64,000 nt of DNA from positions 1 to 64,000 of the forward strand of contig NIVC01002587.1 in NCBI GenBank assembly GCA_002269645.1. The letters are read 5' to 3'. Under the pieces are notes generated by a model, which searched no databases, was not told where the DNA came from, and saw only the letters and a list, made by a program, of their open reading frames with translations. Shown piece by piece: positions 9,767-20,212 of this stretch. Each line of letters begins with the position of its first letter. The stretch's first letter is position 1. Source of the DNA: Macrostomum lignano. Lineage: Eukaryota. Position numbers and translations under genes: made by a program.

Positions 9767-12700
9767 GTGAGTTTGTACTGAACTATTTTCAGTTTTTACT
9801 GTTGATGACCGTTGATAATAACAGCTCGGGTGGTGGGGCAGCTGAGTAGATCAGCGGTTACCGTGTCTGACTCTCGCGCTGACGAGGTGACACGGGTTCG
9901 ATTCCGTCTTTGGCCACAGTGTGTACTGGGCTGAGCACTTCTCACATGTGAATGTAGGTGTGAGATTGTGTGAATGTAGGTTTGAGATTGTGTGAATGTG
10001 GGTGTGAGATGGTGTGAATGTAGGTATGAGATTATTGTGTGAATATAGGTGTGAGATTGTGTGAATGTGGGTGTGAGCTTGTGTGTATGTAGGTGCGGGA
10101 TTGTGTGAATGTGGGTGTGAGATTTTGTGAATGTAGGTATGAGATTATTGTGTGAATATAGGTGTAATATAGTGTGAATGTAAGTGTGATACTGTGTGAA
10201 TATAGGTTTGATACTGTGTGAATATAGGTTTGATACTGTGTGAATATAGGTGTTATACTGTGAATATAGGTGTGAGATTTTGTGAATGTAGCTATGAGAT
10301 TGTGTGAATATGTGTCATATAGTGTAAACCTAGGTATGAGATTGTGTGAATGTAGGCGCGAGAGTGTGTGAATATAAGTGTAATATAGTGTGAATGTAAG
10401 TGTGATACTGTGTGAATATAGGTGTGAGATTGTGTGAATGTAGGTATGAGATTGTGTGAATATAAGTGTAATATAGTGTGAATGTAAGTGTGATACTGTG
10501 TGAATATAGGTTTGATACTGTGTGAATATAGGTTTGATACTGTGTGAATATAGGTGTTATACTGTGAATATAGGTGTGAGATTTTGTGAATGTAGCTATG
10601 AGATTGTGTGAATATGTGTCATATAGTGTGAACCTAGGTATGAGATTGTGTGAATGTAGGCGCGAGATTGTGTGAATATAAGTGTAATATAGTGTGAATG
10701 TAAGTGTGATACTGTGTGAATATAGGTGTGAGATTGTGTGAATGTAGGTATGAGATTGTGTGAATATAAGTGTAATATAGTGTGAATGTAAGTGTGATAC
10801 TGTGTGAATATAGGTGTGAGATTGTGTGAATGTAGGTATGAGATTGTGTGAATATAAGTGTAATATAGTGTGAATGTAAGTATGATACTGTGTGAATATA
10901 GGTGTGACTACAGCCACATAAATTTGTGGCTCGTGTGCAAAAATTGGTGCAAGGCTTTTCGTGCGATTCTCGCCCTTGACGACCAGCCCCCAAGACACAG
11001 AGAGTACATGCTTAATGATGAGCAATTCGGGGCTGCTGTACACCCTGTGTGAGCGTGTGATGTTCAGCAGTGTCAATAACTTAACCAAAACACCTCAGGT
11101 GATCGGCACGCCCTACTGGATGGCGCCCGAGGTGATCCAGGAGATTGGCTACAACTATTCGGCGGACATCTGGTCTCTGGGCATCACGGCTATCGAGATG
11201 GCCGACGGCAAGCCTCCCTATGGCGACATCCACCCGATGCGCGCCCTGTTCATGATCCCAACTAAGCCGCCTCCCAGCTTCCGCAATCCCAACAAATGGT
11301 CGCAGGAGTTTATCGATTTTGTTAGCCAGTGTCTAATTAAGAATCCGGCTGATAGGCCCAGCTCCGAGCGGCTGTTGCAGCACGAGTTTATTAAAGCCGC
11401 CGCCGGGGCGCCAGATCTTGTGCTGCGCGACATGGTGCGCGAGGCAGAGGAGCTGCGCAGCGCCAAATTAAAGGACGGTCGGCCGGCTGACGATTCGGAG
11501 AACTCTGACGGTGAGCTAAAAGATTGCTCTGTTCACAGTTCAGATTCAGCTGTTCACAGTTCAGATTGTGCTATTCACAGTTTAGATTGTGCTGTTCACA
11601 GTTCAGATTCTGCTATTCACAGTTCAGATTCTGCTATTCACAGTTCAGATTGTGCTGTTCACAGTTCAGATTGTGCTGTTTACAGTTCAGATTGTGCTAT
11701 TCACAGTTCAAATTGTGCTGTTCACAGTTCAGATTCTGCTATTCACAGTTCAGATTGTGCTGTTCACAGTTCAGATTCTGCTATTCACAGTTCAGATTCT
11801 GCTATTCACAGTTCAGATTGTGCTGTTCACAGTTCAGATTCTGCTGTTCACAGTTCAGATTGTGCTGTTCACACTTCAGATTGTGCTGTTCACACTTCAG
11901 ATTGTGCTGTTCACAGTTCAGATTCTGCTATTCACAGTTCAGATTCTGCTGTTCACAGTTCAGATTCTGCTATTCACAGTTCAGATTGTGCTGTTCACAG
12001 TTCAGATTCTGCTATTCACAGTTCAGATTCCGCTATTCACAATGCCAGTTCCGCCATTTACAATCAATATTATTACCGATAGTAATTCGATCAATTGCAA
12101 CCGCAGAGGAGGCCGGCACTATGAAGGAAGCCGCCGGCAATTCAGCAGCAGCAGCCGCCGGGGCGGGCGACTCCGCCACTCTTGTCACATCGTCGGGCGG
12201 CTCAACTCGCGGCGGCGGCACCTCCACCCTGACTGGCAGCAGCACCATGTCCTCTTCGCACACAATGATTGTCAACTCGGACGAGGACAGCCTAGCCGAG
12301 AGCGTCTCCGGCACCATGGTCATTGTTGAGAGCGACGAGGACGGCGACGACGACAATGAAGGTTGGCAATTATTGTGTGAATGCTCTGGATTGTGAAAGC
12401 GCGTGTGGTCTTTAGGTGTGAGATTGTGTGAATGTAGGTTTGAGACTGTGTGAATGTGTGTGTGATATTGTGTGAATGTGTGTATGAGATTGTGTAAATG
12501 TGGATGTGATAGTGTGTAAATGTGGGTGTTAAATTGTGTGAATGTGTGTGAGATGTGAATATGGTTGTGATAGTGTGTGAATGTGGGTGTGATAGTGTGT
12601 AAATGTGGGTGTTACTCGTAAATTGTGTGAATGTGTGTGAGATGTGAATATGGATGTGAATTTGTGTGAATGTGGGTGTGAATTTGTGTGAATGTGGGTG

Positions 12701-13291
12701 TGAATTTGTGTGAATGTTGGTGTGTTAGTGTTTGGATGTTGGTGTGAGATTGCGTGAATATGGATGCGATAGAGTGTGAATGTGGGTGTGAAATTGTGTG
12801 AATATGGATGTGATATTGTGTGAATGTGGATGTGATATTGTGTGAATGTAGGTGTGAGATTGTGTGAATGGCTATGCTGGATTGTCACACTACTAACAAT
12901 AATCAATCGTACTAATTAACACCCGCTAGGCACCATGCGAGTGAACAGGACAGCCACTGGCGGAAAAGGTGGCGGCAAAGGCGGCGGCTCGAGGCCTGAC
13001 TACCTTGCCTACTTTGACAGACAGGACGGCGGGTCACCCCAGCAGCAGCAGCAGCCAGTGTCCAAGCAGTCCCCTGTGCAGCAGGCCTTCCAGCCTTATC
13101 GACGCGCATTCGAGGACGGCAATCTGGACTTCGTGGCCGCGCTCACCTACGAGGAGCTGCAGTCTAGGCTAGCCAGCCTTGACGTTGACATGGAGAAGGA
13201 GATCGAGAATCTGCACATTCGATACAAGCTCAAGCGACAGCCCATTCTGGAAGCTATTGATGAAAAGAAGCGCCGGCAGCAGCAGTTCTAA
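9248..13291 (+). CDS. hpo: Hippo/MST1-2 (STE20-family STK3/STK4) kinase, join(9248..9766,11099..11510,12107..12361,12930..13291), 515 aa
   Basis: Kinase motifs [27 protein letters not shown] and (spliced) DTMAKRNT|[12 protein letters not shown]-terminal SARAH domain [49 protein letters not shown] matches MST1/2. All three introns are GT..AG with consistent phases (0,1,1). Spliced length is 1548 nt = 516 codons. In-frame TGA at 9242-9244 precedes the ATG. Confidence 0.96.
9836..11070 (+). mobile_element. Older SINE (family B), apparently split by the hippo intron-1 minisatellite (head about 9836-9945, body about 10907-11070)
   Basis: A box TAGATCAGCGG (9847) and B box GGTTCGATTCC (9895). Downstream body CCCCCAAGACACAGAGAGTACATGC...GGGCTGCTGTACACCCTGTGTGAG is homologous to the family A body. 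Confidence 0.6.
9946..10906. repeat. About 22-bp minisatellite (GTGTGAATGTAGGTGTGAGATT) in hippo intron 1, with a 304-bp higher-order duplication
   Basis: Directly visible; marker GTGTCATATAGTG at 10312 and 10616. Confidence 0.92.
11099..11510 (+). CDS. hpo: hippo exon 2 (kinase C-lobe)
   Basis: Acceptor CAG 11096-11098; [11 protein letters not shown]...[20 protein letters not shown]...HEFIK; donor GTGAGC at 11511. Confidence 0.95.
11523..12048. repeat. 21-bp minisatellite (TGCTRTTCACAGTTCAGATTS) in hippo intron 2
   Basis: Directly visible; about 25 units; starts about 12 nt after the donor. Confidence 0.95.
12107..12361 (+). CDS. hpo: hippo exon 3 (acidic, Ser/Thr-rich linker with Thr-Met motifs)
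   Basis: Acceptor CAG 12104-12106; phase-1 join gives ...NSD-EEAGTMK...[18 protein letters not shown]; donor GT at 12362. Confidence 0.85.
12413..12870. repeat. Degenerate GTGTGAATGTGGGTGTGA-type minisatellite in hippo intron 3
   Basis: Same core as the intron-1 array. Confidence 0.88.
12930..13291 (+). CDS. hpo: hippo exon 4 (SARAH domain)
   Basis: Acceptor TAG 12927-12929; phase-1 join gives EGTMRVNR...; SARAH coiled coil; stop TAA 13289-13291. Confidence 0.93.
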
Positions 13292-13403
13292 GGGCCTCTG
13301 CGTTGCCGCGACATTATTATATATGTTTGTAGGCCATTTTGACTGCCTTGGCGTGTACTACTGTCTGCAGCTTGCACTGTATCCTTAGAAGCTTAGAGGC
13401 CAC

Positions 13404-14068
13404 CCCCAGCCTCCCAGATCCTCAGTTGCTGGGCCAGCGTCCCAGATCCTCAGTTGCTGGGCCAGCCTCCCAGATCCTCAGTTTCTGGGCCAGCCTCCCA
13501 GATCCTCAGTTTCTGGGCCAGCCTCCCAGATCCTCAGTTGCTGGGCCAGCCTCCCAGATCCTCAGTTTCTGGGCCAACCTCCCAGATCCTCAGTTGCTGG
13601 GCCAGCCTCCCAGATCCTCAGTTGCTGGGCCAACCTCCCAGATCCTCAGTTGCTGGGCCAGCCTCCCAGATCCTCAGCTGCTGGGCCAGTGCCAGCCTCC
13701 CAGATCCTCAGCTGCTGGGCTAGCTTCCTATATCCTCAGTTGCTGGGCCAGCCTCCCAGATCTTCAGCTGTTGGGCTAGCTTCCTAGATCCTTAGTTGCT
13801 GGGCCAGCCTCCCAGATCCTCAGCTGTTGGGCTAGCTTCCTAGATCCTTAGTTGCTGGGCCAGCCTCCCAGATCCTCAGCTGCTGGGCTAGCTTCCCAGA
13901 TCCTCAGTTGCTGGGCCAACCTCCCAGATCCTCAGTTGCTGGGCCAGCCTCCCAGATCCTCAGCTGCTGGGCCAGCCTCCCAGATCCTCAGTTGCTGGGC
14001 CAGCCTCCCAGATCCTCAGTTGCTGGGCCAGTGCCAGCCTCCCAAATCCTCAGTTACTGGATCACCCT
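13404..14068. repeat. 28-bp minisatellite (CTGGGCCAGCCTCCCAGATCCTCAGTTG), 3' of the hippo stop codon
   Basis: Directly visible. Confidence 0.93.
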
Positions 14069-15077
14069 CCCAGATTGTATAAAGTCCAATGAAAAAGGCT
14101 TATGCAGACATGCCAGATGTAGAAGCTGCATATTCCAGAGGTATTTGTCATTGTTGCAAAGGTTCGGTACTGAAATTGTTATTTTTAAGAAATCCAACAG
14201 ATTTCTATATGTACTTTTATTCCCTATTGATTTCATTATTTTTCAGCAATGGCAACAATTTGTTGGTAAAGTCAACCTATGATTGCAGAAAAAACGCAAC
14301 ACCCTACTGGAACCCGTTTTCCTAAGTAGTTGGATAAGTCTATTACTGTAACTTCTGTCAAATCAGTTGTGCAGGCACCCTGGTGCTAATTTCTATTGCC
14401 GCAACCGCATCTAACTACTCAAGCTTATTTTCAAATGGAATTTGTTTAGCTCGTAAATTAAAATGAATAAAAAAACAATAATTGAAAATTTGATTTACGC
14501 TAAGAATTCAATAGAAAATTATCCCCGTAATCGGCCGGTTTTGCTGCTGTTACACATTTCTCATTATTGCCGGCTAAACTATTACTACTGTCTGTCTGTC
14601 AGTAGTATGTTGCGGCAAAGTTGTGTCTTTTCTATTTTGTTTGGCAATAATTTAAAATTTGAAATTTGTGTTTGCTGTTGAAATTTCTTCAAAGAGTAAC
14701 TTGTTTTGCGCTCTTGAGGAAGCCTAATAGCATTATTTTTTAATATTCCCCAATGTATATAAAGTGTGTTTCTTTGTAATTGTGATATGTCTGTCTGCCT
14801 GTCTGTCCCTGCTCCGGATGCATGCAATCTGCATTCTTCATATCATTCATTGCCTTCTCTGCCTTTTTGTCATTTTTTATATCTGTGCTGATTGTCTAAG
14901 CGAATTATTACTATTGTTATTATATATATGAATATATAGCAGAATCTTAAAGGCTAATTATGCGGCATTGTACGGAAAATGTCACTTTATCTGCATACTT
15001 GTCCTTGAATATTTATCTATAATTGATGTCATTAGTTTTTCTGTCTTTGTGCTGGCAGCTTGCCACCTAATGGGGAC

Positions 15078-16640
15078 AATAGGGAGTGACAGAGGTACTG
15101 AATTGGAGTGACAGTGGCACTGAATTGGAGTGACAGTCTCTCTGAATTGGAGTGACAGTGGCACTGAATTGGAGTGACAGTCTCTCTGAATTGGAGTGAC
15201 AGTGGCACTGAATTGGAGTGACAGTCTCTCTGAATTGGAGTGACAGTGGCACTGAATTGGAGTGACAGTCTCTCTGAATTGGAGTGACAGTGGCACTGAA
15301 TTGGAGTGACAATAGCACCGAATTGGAGTGACAGTGGCACTGAATTGGAGTGACAGTGGCACTGAATTGGAGTGACGATAGCACCGAATTGGAGTGACAG
15401 TGGCACTGAATTAGAGTAACAATGGCACTGAATTGGAGTGACAGTGGCACTGAATTGGAGTGACAATGGCAGTGGATTAGAGTGACAGTGGCACTGAATT
15501 GGAGTGACGATAGCACCGAATTGGAGTGACAATGGCAGTGGATTAGAGTGATAGTGGCACTGAATTGGAGTGACAGAGGCACTGAACTGAAGTGACAATG
15601 GCACTGAATTGGAGTGACAATAACACCGAATTGGAGTGACAGTGGCACCGAATTGGAGTGACAATGGCACTGAATTGGAGTGACAGTGGCACTGAATTGG
15701 AGTGTCAATAGCACTGAATTGGAGTGTCAATAGCACTGAATTGGAGTGACAATAGCACTGAATTGGAGTAACAATAGCACTGAATTGGAGTGACAATAGC
15801 ACTGAATTGGAGTGACAATGGCAGTGGATTAGAGTGACAGTGGCACTGAATTGGAGTGACAGAGGCACTGAACTGAAGTGACAATGGCACTGAATTGGAG
15901 TGACAATAACACCGAATTGGAGTGACACTGGCACTGAATTAAAGAGACAGAGGCACTGAAATAGAGTGACAGGCACTGAATTGGGTGACAGTGGCACTGA
16001 ATTGGAGTGACAATGGTACTGAATTGGAGTGAAAATGGCACTGAATTGGAGTGACAATAGCACTGAATTGGAGTGACAATGGCACTGAATTGGAGTGACA
16101 ATGGCACTGAATTAGAGAGACAGAGGCACTGAAATAGAGTGACAGGCACTGAATTGGAGTGACAGTGGCACTGAATTGGAGTGACAATGGTACTGAATTG
16201 GAATAAAAAAAACACCGAATTGGAGTGACAGTGGCACTGAATTGGAGTGACAATGGTACTGAATTGGAGTGAAAATGGCACTGAATTGGAGTGACAATAG
16301 CACTGAATTGGAGTGACAATGGCACTGAATTGGAGTGACAATGGCACTGAATTAGAGAGACAGAGGCACTGAAATAGAGTGACAGGCACTGAATTGGAGT
16401 GACAGTGGCACTGAATTGGAGTGACAATGGTACTGAATTGGAGTAAAAATAACACCGAATTGGAGTGACAGTGGCACTGAATTGGAGTGACAATGGTACT
16501 GAATTGGAGTAAAAATAACACCGAATTGGAGTGACAGTGGCACTGAATTGGAGTGACAATGGTACTGAATTGGAATAAAAAAAAACACCGAATTGGAGTG
16601 ACAGTGGCACTGAATTGGAGTGACAATGGTACTGAACTGG
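15078..16640. repeat. 22-bp minisatellite (GAATTGGAGTGACAGTGGCACT) with a 240-bp higher-order repeat
   Basis: Directly visible; lines 16081 and 16321 are identical. Confidence 0.95.
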
Positions 16641-16659
16641 ATTGAGAAGTGAAAATGCT

Positions 16660-16715
16660 AGAAAAGATTCGAACCCGGGACCGCAAGTCTATGGGCGCAG
16701 GCTGCTAGGTCAGCA
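16660..16715 (-). other. tRNA-like/SINE head fragment abutting the 22-bp array
   Basis: Minus strand ...CTGCGCCCATAGACTTGCGGTCCCGGGTTCGAATC carries a B box/T-loop motif; no complete cloverleaf. Confidence 0.3.
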
Positions 16716-17227
16716 GGCAATCAGAATAGACTGAATAAGAATGCGCAGCGTTCTGACATTGCCAACCCCTCCGTGTCCGGTGATCGCCCGGCCGGTGGGC
16801 GTGGCTTGCCAAACACAATTCCAAGGACTCCGCCATGCTGCCGTCAGCAGGAAGGTGGTCAGGCATCAATCCCCAGTCAGATTCTATTCTATCCCATTCA
16901 ACCGCGGCGGCGGCCGGAGCTGGCCGAGTTCCGCCTGGGTTTCTTATAAAAATTATAAGTGCATTGTGCCTGGCTAAGGACAAGTTGGTGGTGGTCAAGC
17001 CGGGCGATGATGATGATGATGGATATTTCTGGCACAATGGGGATGCCGTCGGCCACGCTGTCATGCGACTGTCGGCTCTTGATTGATTTTATTGGCGTTG
17101 ATTTTGGTTCACAATTTTTCAGAACATTCAGCTTGCACAACCCAGTTGAAAGTGCCGATTTTTTTGCTTGCAAAGTCGCCGCAGTCACCTGATCGACTGG
17201 CAAAAGTTTGAGGCGCCCCTGCAGCTC

Positions 17228-17835
17228 AGATGAAGTGGCGCCCATATTCAAATTAAATGGCGCCCATATTCAAATGAAATGGCGCCCATGGTCAAATAAA
17301 ATGGCGCCCATAGTCAAATGAAATGGTGCCCATAGTCAAGTAAAATGGCGCCCAAAGTCAAATAAAATTGCGCCCAAAGTCAAGTAAAATGGCGCCCATA
17401 GTAAAAAAATGGCGCCCAAAGTCAAATGAAATGGCGCCCAAAGTCAAATGAAATGGCGCCCCTGGTCAAATGAAGTGGCGCCCCTGGTCAAATGAAGTGG
17501 CGCCCCTGGTCAAATGAAATGGCGCCCCTGCAGGTCGAATAAACTGGCGCTGTTCGAATGAAATGGCGCCCATAGTAAAAAAAATGGCGCCCAAAGTCAA
17601 ATGAAATGGCGCCCCTGGTCAAATGAAGTGGCGCCCCTGGTCAAATGAAATGGCGCCCCTGCAGGTCGAATAAACTGGCGCTGTTCGAATGAAATGGCGC
17701 CCCTGCAGGTCGAATAAACTGGCGCCCCTGTTCGAATGAAATGGCGCCCCTGCTCAAGTAAACTGGCGCCCCTGCAGTTCAAATGAAGTGGCGCCCCTGG
17801 TCAACTGAAGTGGCGCCCCGTAGTCAACTGAAGTG
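17228..17835. repeat. About 22-bp minisatellite (AAATGGCGCCCCTGGTCAAATG)
   Basis: About 28 units; 15 carry AAATGGCG. Confidence 0.92.
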
Positions 17836-18634
17836 GCCAGCCGGCACGAGCAATTATAATCTGAGTAAGCAATTTGCGCGCAAATTTTGCTGCTGACTGT
17901 TTAATTGATGCCGATAAAAACGACAGCTACAAATGCCTGGAAAAGTTTTTGTTTAGCGGCAAAATCCACCCCACCCCCTCCCCTGTCAATTTTTCGGACT
18001 CCGCACTCGATGTGGGTGGTAGAGAATGAAGTGAAATGCATATGGAACCGATTGGGACATAAGTTTCAGCAAGTGGACGCCAGCCTGTAGCTAAGCCTAC
18101 TGCATTTAGCTGTTTGGGGATCTGTCTGCCCCTATCGTATTGCCGCTGCATTGTCTGAGCTCTGAATTGCGGTCAGGCAGGCAGCCCGTGTTGTACAAGT
18201 GTATCATCCGCAGGAAATTCATACTTTACTGGGCGCGCAGCAGCAGCAGCAGAGTTTCGCCCGATAGGGCTATTGCTGCCAGATGGAAGGCCATTCCCTC
18301 CCCTCTTCCAGCCGCCCGACTTGATCCCCCATCCCGGTCCTCCGCCGCCCGGAGGCGCTTCCTTTAATTCCGCCTTGGCTGCCGCTGCTAAAAGTGCATT
18401 AAAAATGGACCCGAAATCGGTTATAATAGATTGGTAGCCGCACCAATTACTGAATGAACTGGAAGGCACATGAGATGGGGACTCCAGGGTTCCAGGATGT
18501 TTCTTGGAAAGTACTAGACCTGCTGCACTAATTATTGTTTAATTATCATTATCTTTTAGAAGAGATTCGTTTAAAAAAATATTTCCCGTCATATTTTGAT
18601 CCGTTTGGTTCCTTAAGCAAGCAATGAGAGCTGA

Positions 18635-19095
18635 GATCTTCATCATCACTAAGATTGGGGCTGATGTTCCCAGCCTCCCAAATCTTCATCACCACTAACA
18701 TTCGGGTTGAGATTCCCCAGTTTCCCTAATCTTCATCATCACTAACATTCGGGTTGAGATTCCCAGCCTCCCAGATCTTCATCATCACTAACATTCGGAT
18801 TGAGATTCCCAGCCTCCTAGATCCTCATCATCACTAATTTCGGGGTTGAGATTCCCAGCCTCCCAGATCTTCATCATCACTAACATTCGGATTGAGATTC
18901 CCAGCCTCCTAGATCCTCATCATCACTAATTTCGGGGTTGAGATTCCCAGCCTCCCAGATCTTCATCATCACTAATTTTGGGATTGAGATTCCCAGCCTC
19001 CTAGATCCTCATCATCACTAATTTCGGGGTTGAGATTCCCAGCCTCCCAGATCTTCATCATCACTAATTTTGGGGTTAAGGTCCTCAGCCTCCCA
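18635..19095. repeat. 46-bp minisatellite (CTTCATCATCACTAACATTCGGGTTGAGATTCCCAGCCTCCCAGAT)
   Basis: Directly visible; about 10 units. Confidence 0.92.
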
Positions 19096-19794
19096 GATCT
19101 GAGTGATCCCAGCCCTTTAAAACCAGTGTGGAATTTGCACTCTTCAAAGTTCACCAGCCAGACGAAGACACGCATCATGCAGGATAAACTGACAGATAAA
19201 AAAGCAATTATTACTGCCAAGCTTATCGGAGCAGTCTGAGCTTTTGAATTGAATTTTACGAGCACAAAACCTCCCCGCCCACTCAAAAACATGCCTGCAC
19301 TTTTTTCGATAGCTCTCAGTCAAGCTTTTTATAAATTACTTCTTCGCGACCAGTGCAGATTCTGCTGCTGAAGGAACAATGGTGCATTAGGACTTCTATA
19401 GTAGCACCCAGTCGTCTGGTGTAGATGACGCAGCATTTTCATATTTTATCTGTCGCGCAGCAGCTGTGACGGGAATGCATGCTGCGGTGACTTTTCAAGA
19501 TGTGACTAATCCTCAGCTCTGGTCAGTGTGCGCCCAGTGTCACGACTGGCTACCGTTGGGCTGGATTAGAGGTGCGGGGCAGCATTGGGATCTTTTCGGG
19601 ATTCTTTCAATCTGGGGGCCGGCTGGCTGACTTGTGTAGATATCAATTTTTGTCAGTTGCGATCTGGTCCGCAAATCTCACAGGCTTGTTCGACCGAGAG
19701 TTTTGGCTCTCCGGTTGGCATTCTGGGTAAGTAAATTGTGCCATGGAGACTGGCGTGAGGATTCTTTCTCTCGTAAAGATTAGAGTCCATATGG

Positions 19795-20212
19795 GTTGTT
19801 GCCATGGTTTCTGGTATCCGAGCTGGTTTCCGATGCCGTTGCCATAGAAATCGGGTTTCCGATGCCGTTGCCATGGAAATCTGGTCTCCGATGCCGTTGC
19901 TATGGAAACCAGGCTTTCCGATGCTGTTGCCATGGAAATCGGGTTTCCGATGCCGTTGCCATGGAAACCTGGTCTCCGATGCCGTTGCCATGGAAATCTA
20001 GTTTCCAATGCCGTTGCCATCGAAATCAGGTTTCCGATACCGTTGCCATGGAAATCTGGTTTCCGATGCCGTTGCCATCGAAATCAGGTTTCCGATACCG
20101 TTGCCATGAAAATCTGGTCTCCGATTCCGGGTTTCCAATGCCGTTGCCATGGAAATCGGGTTTCCGATGCCGTTGCCATGGAAACCTGGTTTCCGATGCC
20201 GTTGCCATGGAG
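19795..20212. repeat. 29-30-bp minisatellite (CCGATGCCGTTGCCATGGAAATCTGGTTT)
   Basis: 14 GTTGCYAT cores at about 29-bp spacing. Confidence 0.92.

Noticed and set aside
9836-9915. Possible tRNA gene (also the SINE heads at 7200-7268, 22038 and 40058)
   Set aside because: A and B boxes are present, but there is no complete acceptor stem or cloverleaf and each continues into a SINE body.
14089-14325. Small ORF or possible two-exon gene downstream of hippo
   Set aside because: No recognisable domain; AT-rich; the possible splice gives only about 24 codons. More likely 3' UTR or flank.
15032-16686. Long ORFs through tandem arrays (also 10330-11088, 23578-24845, 27571-28407, 29113-30045, 34057-35373, 44184-44976, 45347-46359, 51046-51903, 54820-56637)
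   Set aside because: They are open in several frames or both strands at once, translate to pure unit repeats, and have no splice or start context. They are by-products of stop-free repeat units.
18635-19095. C/D-box snoRNA cluster (GTGATGA on the minus strand of the 46-bp units)
   Set aside because: No properly placed D box (CTGA) or terminal stem in the units.
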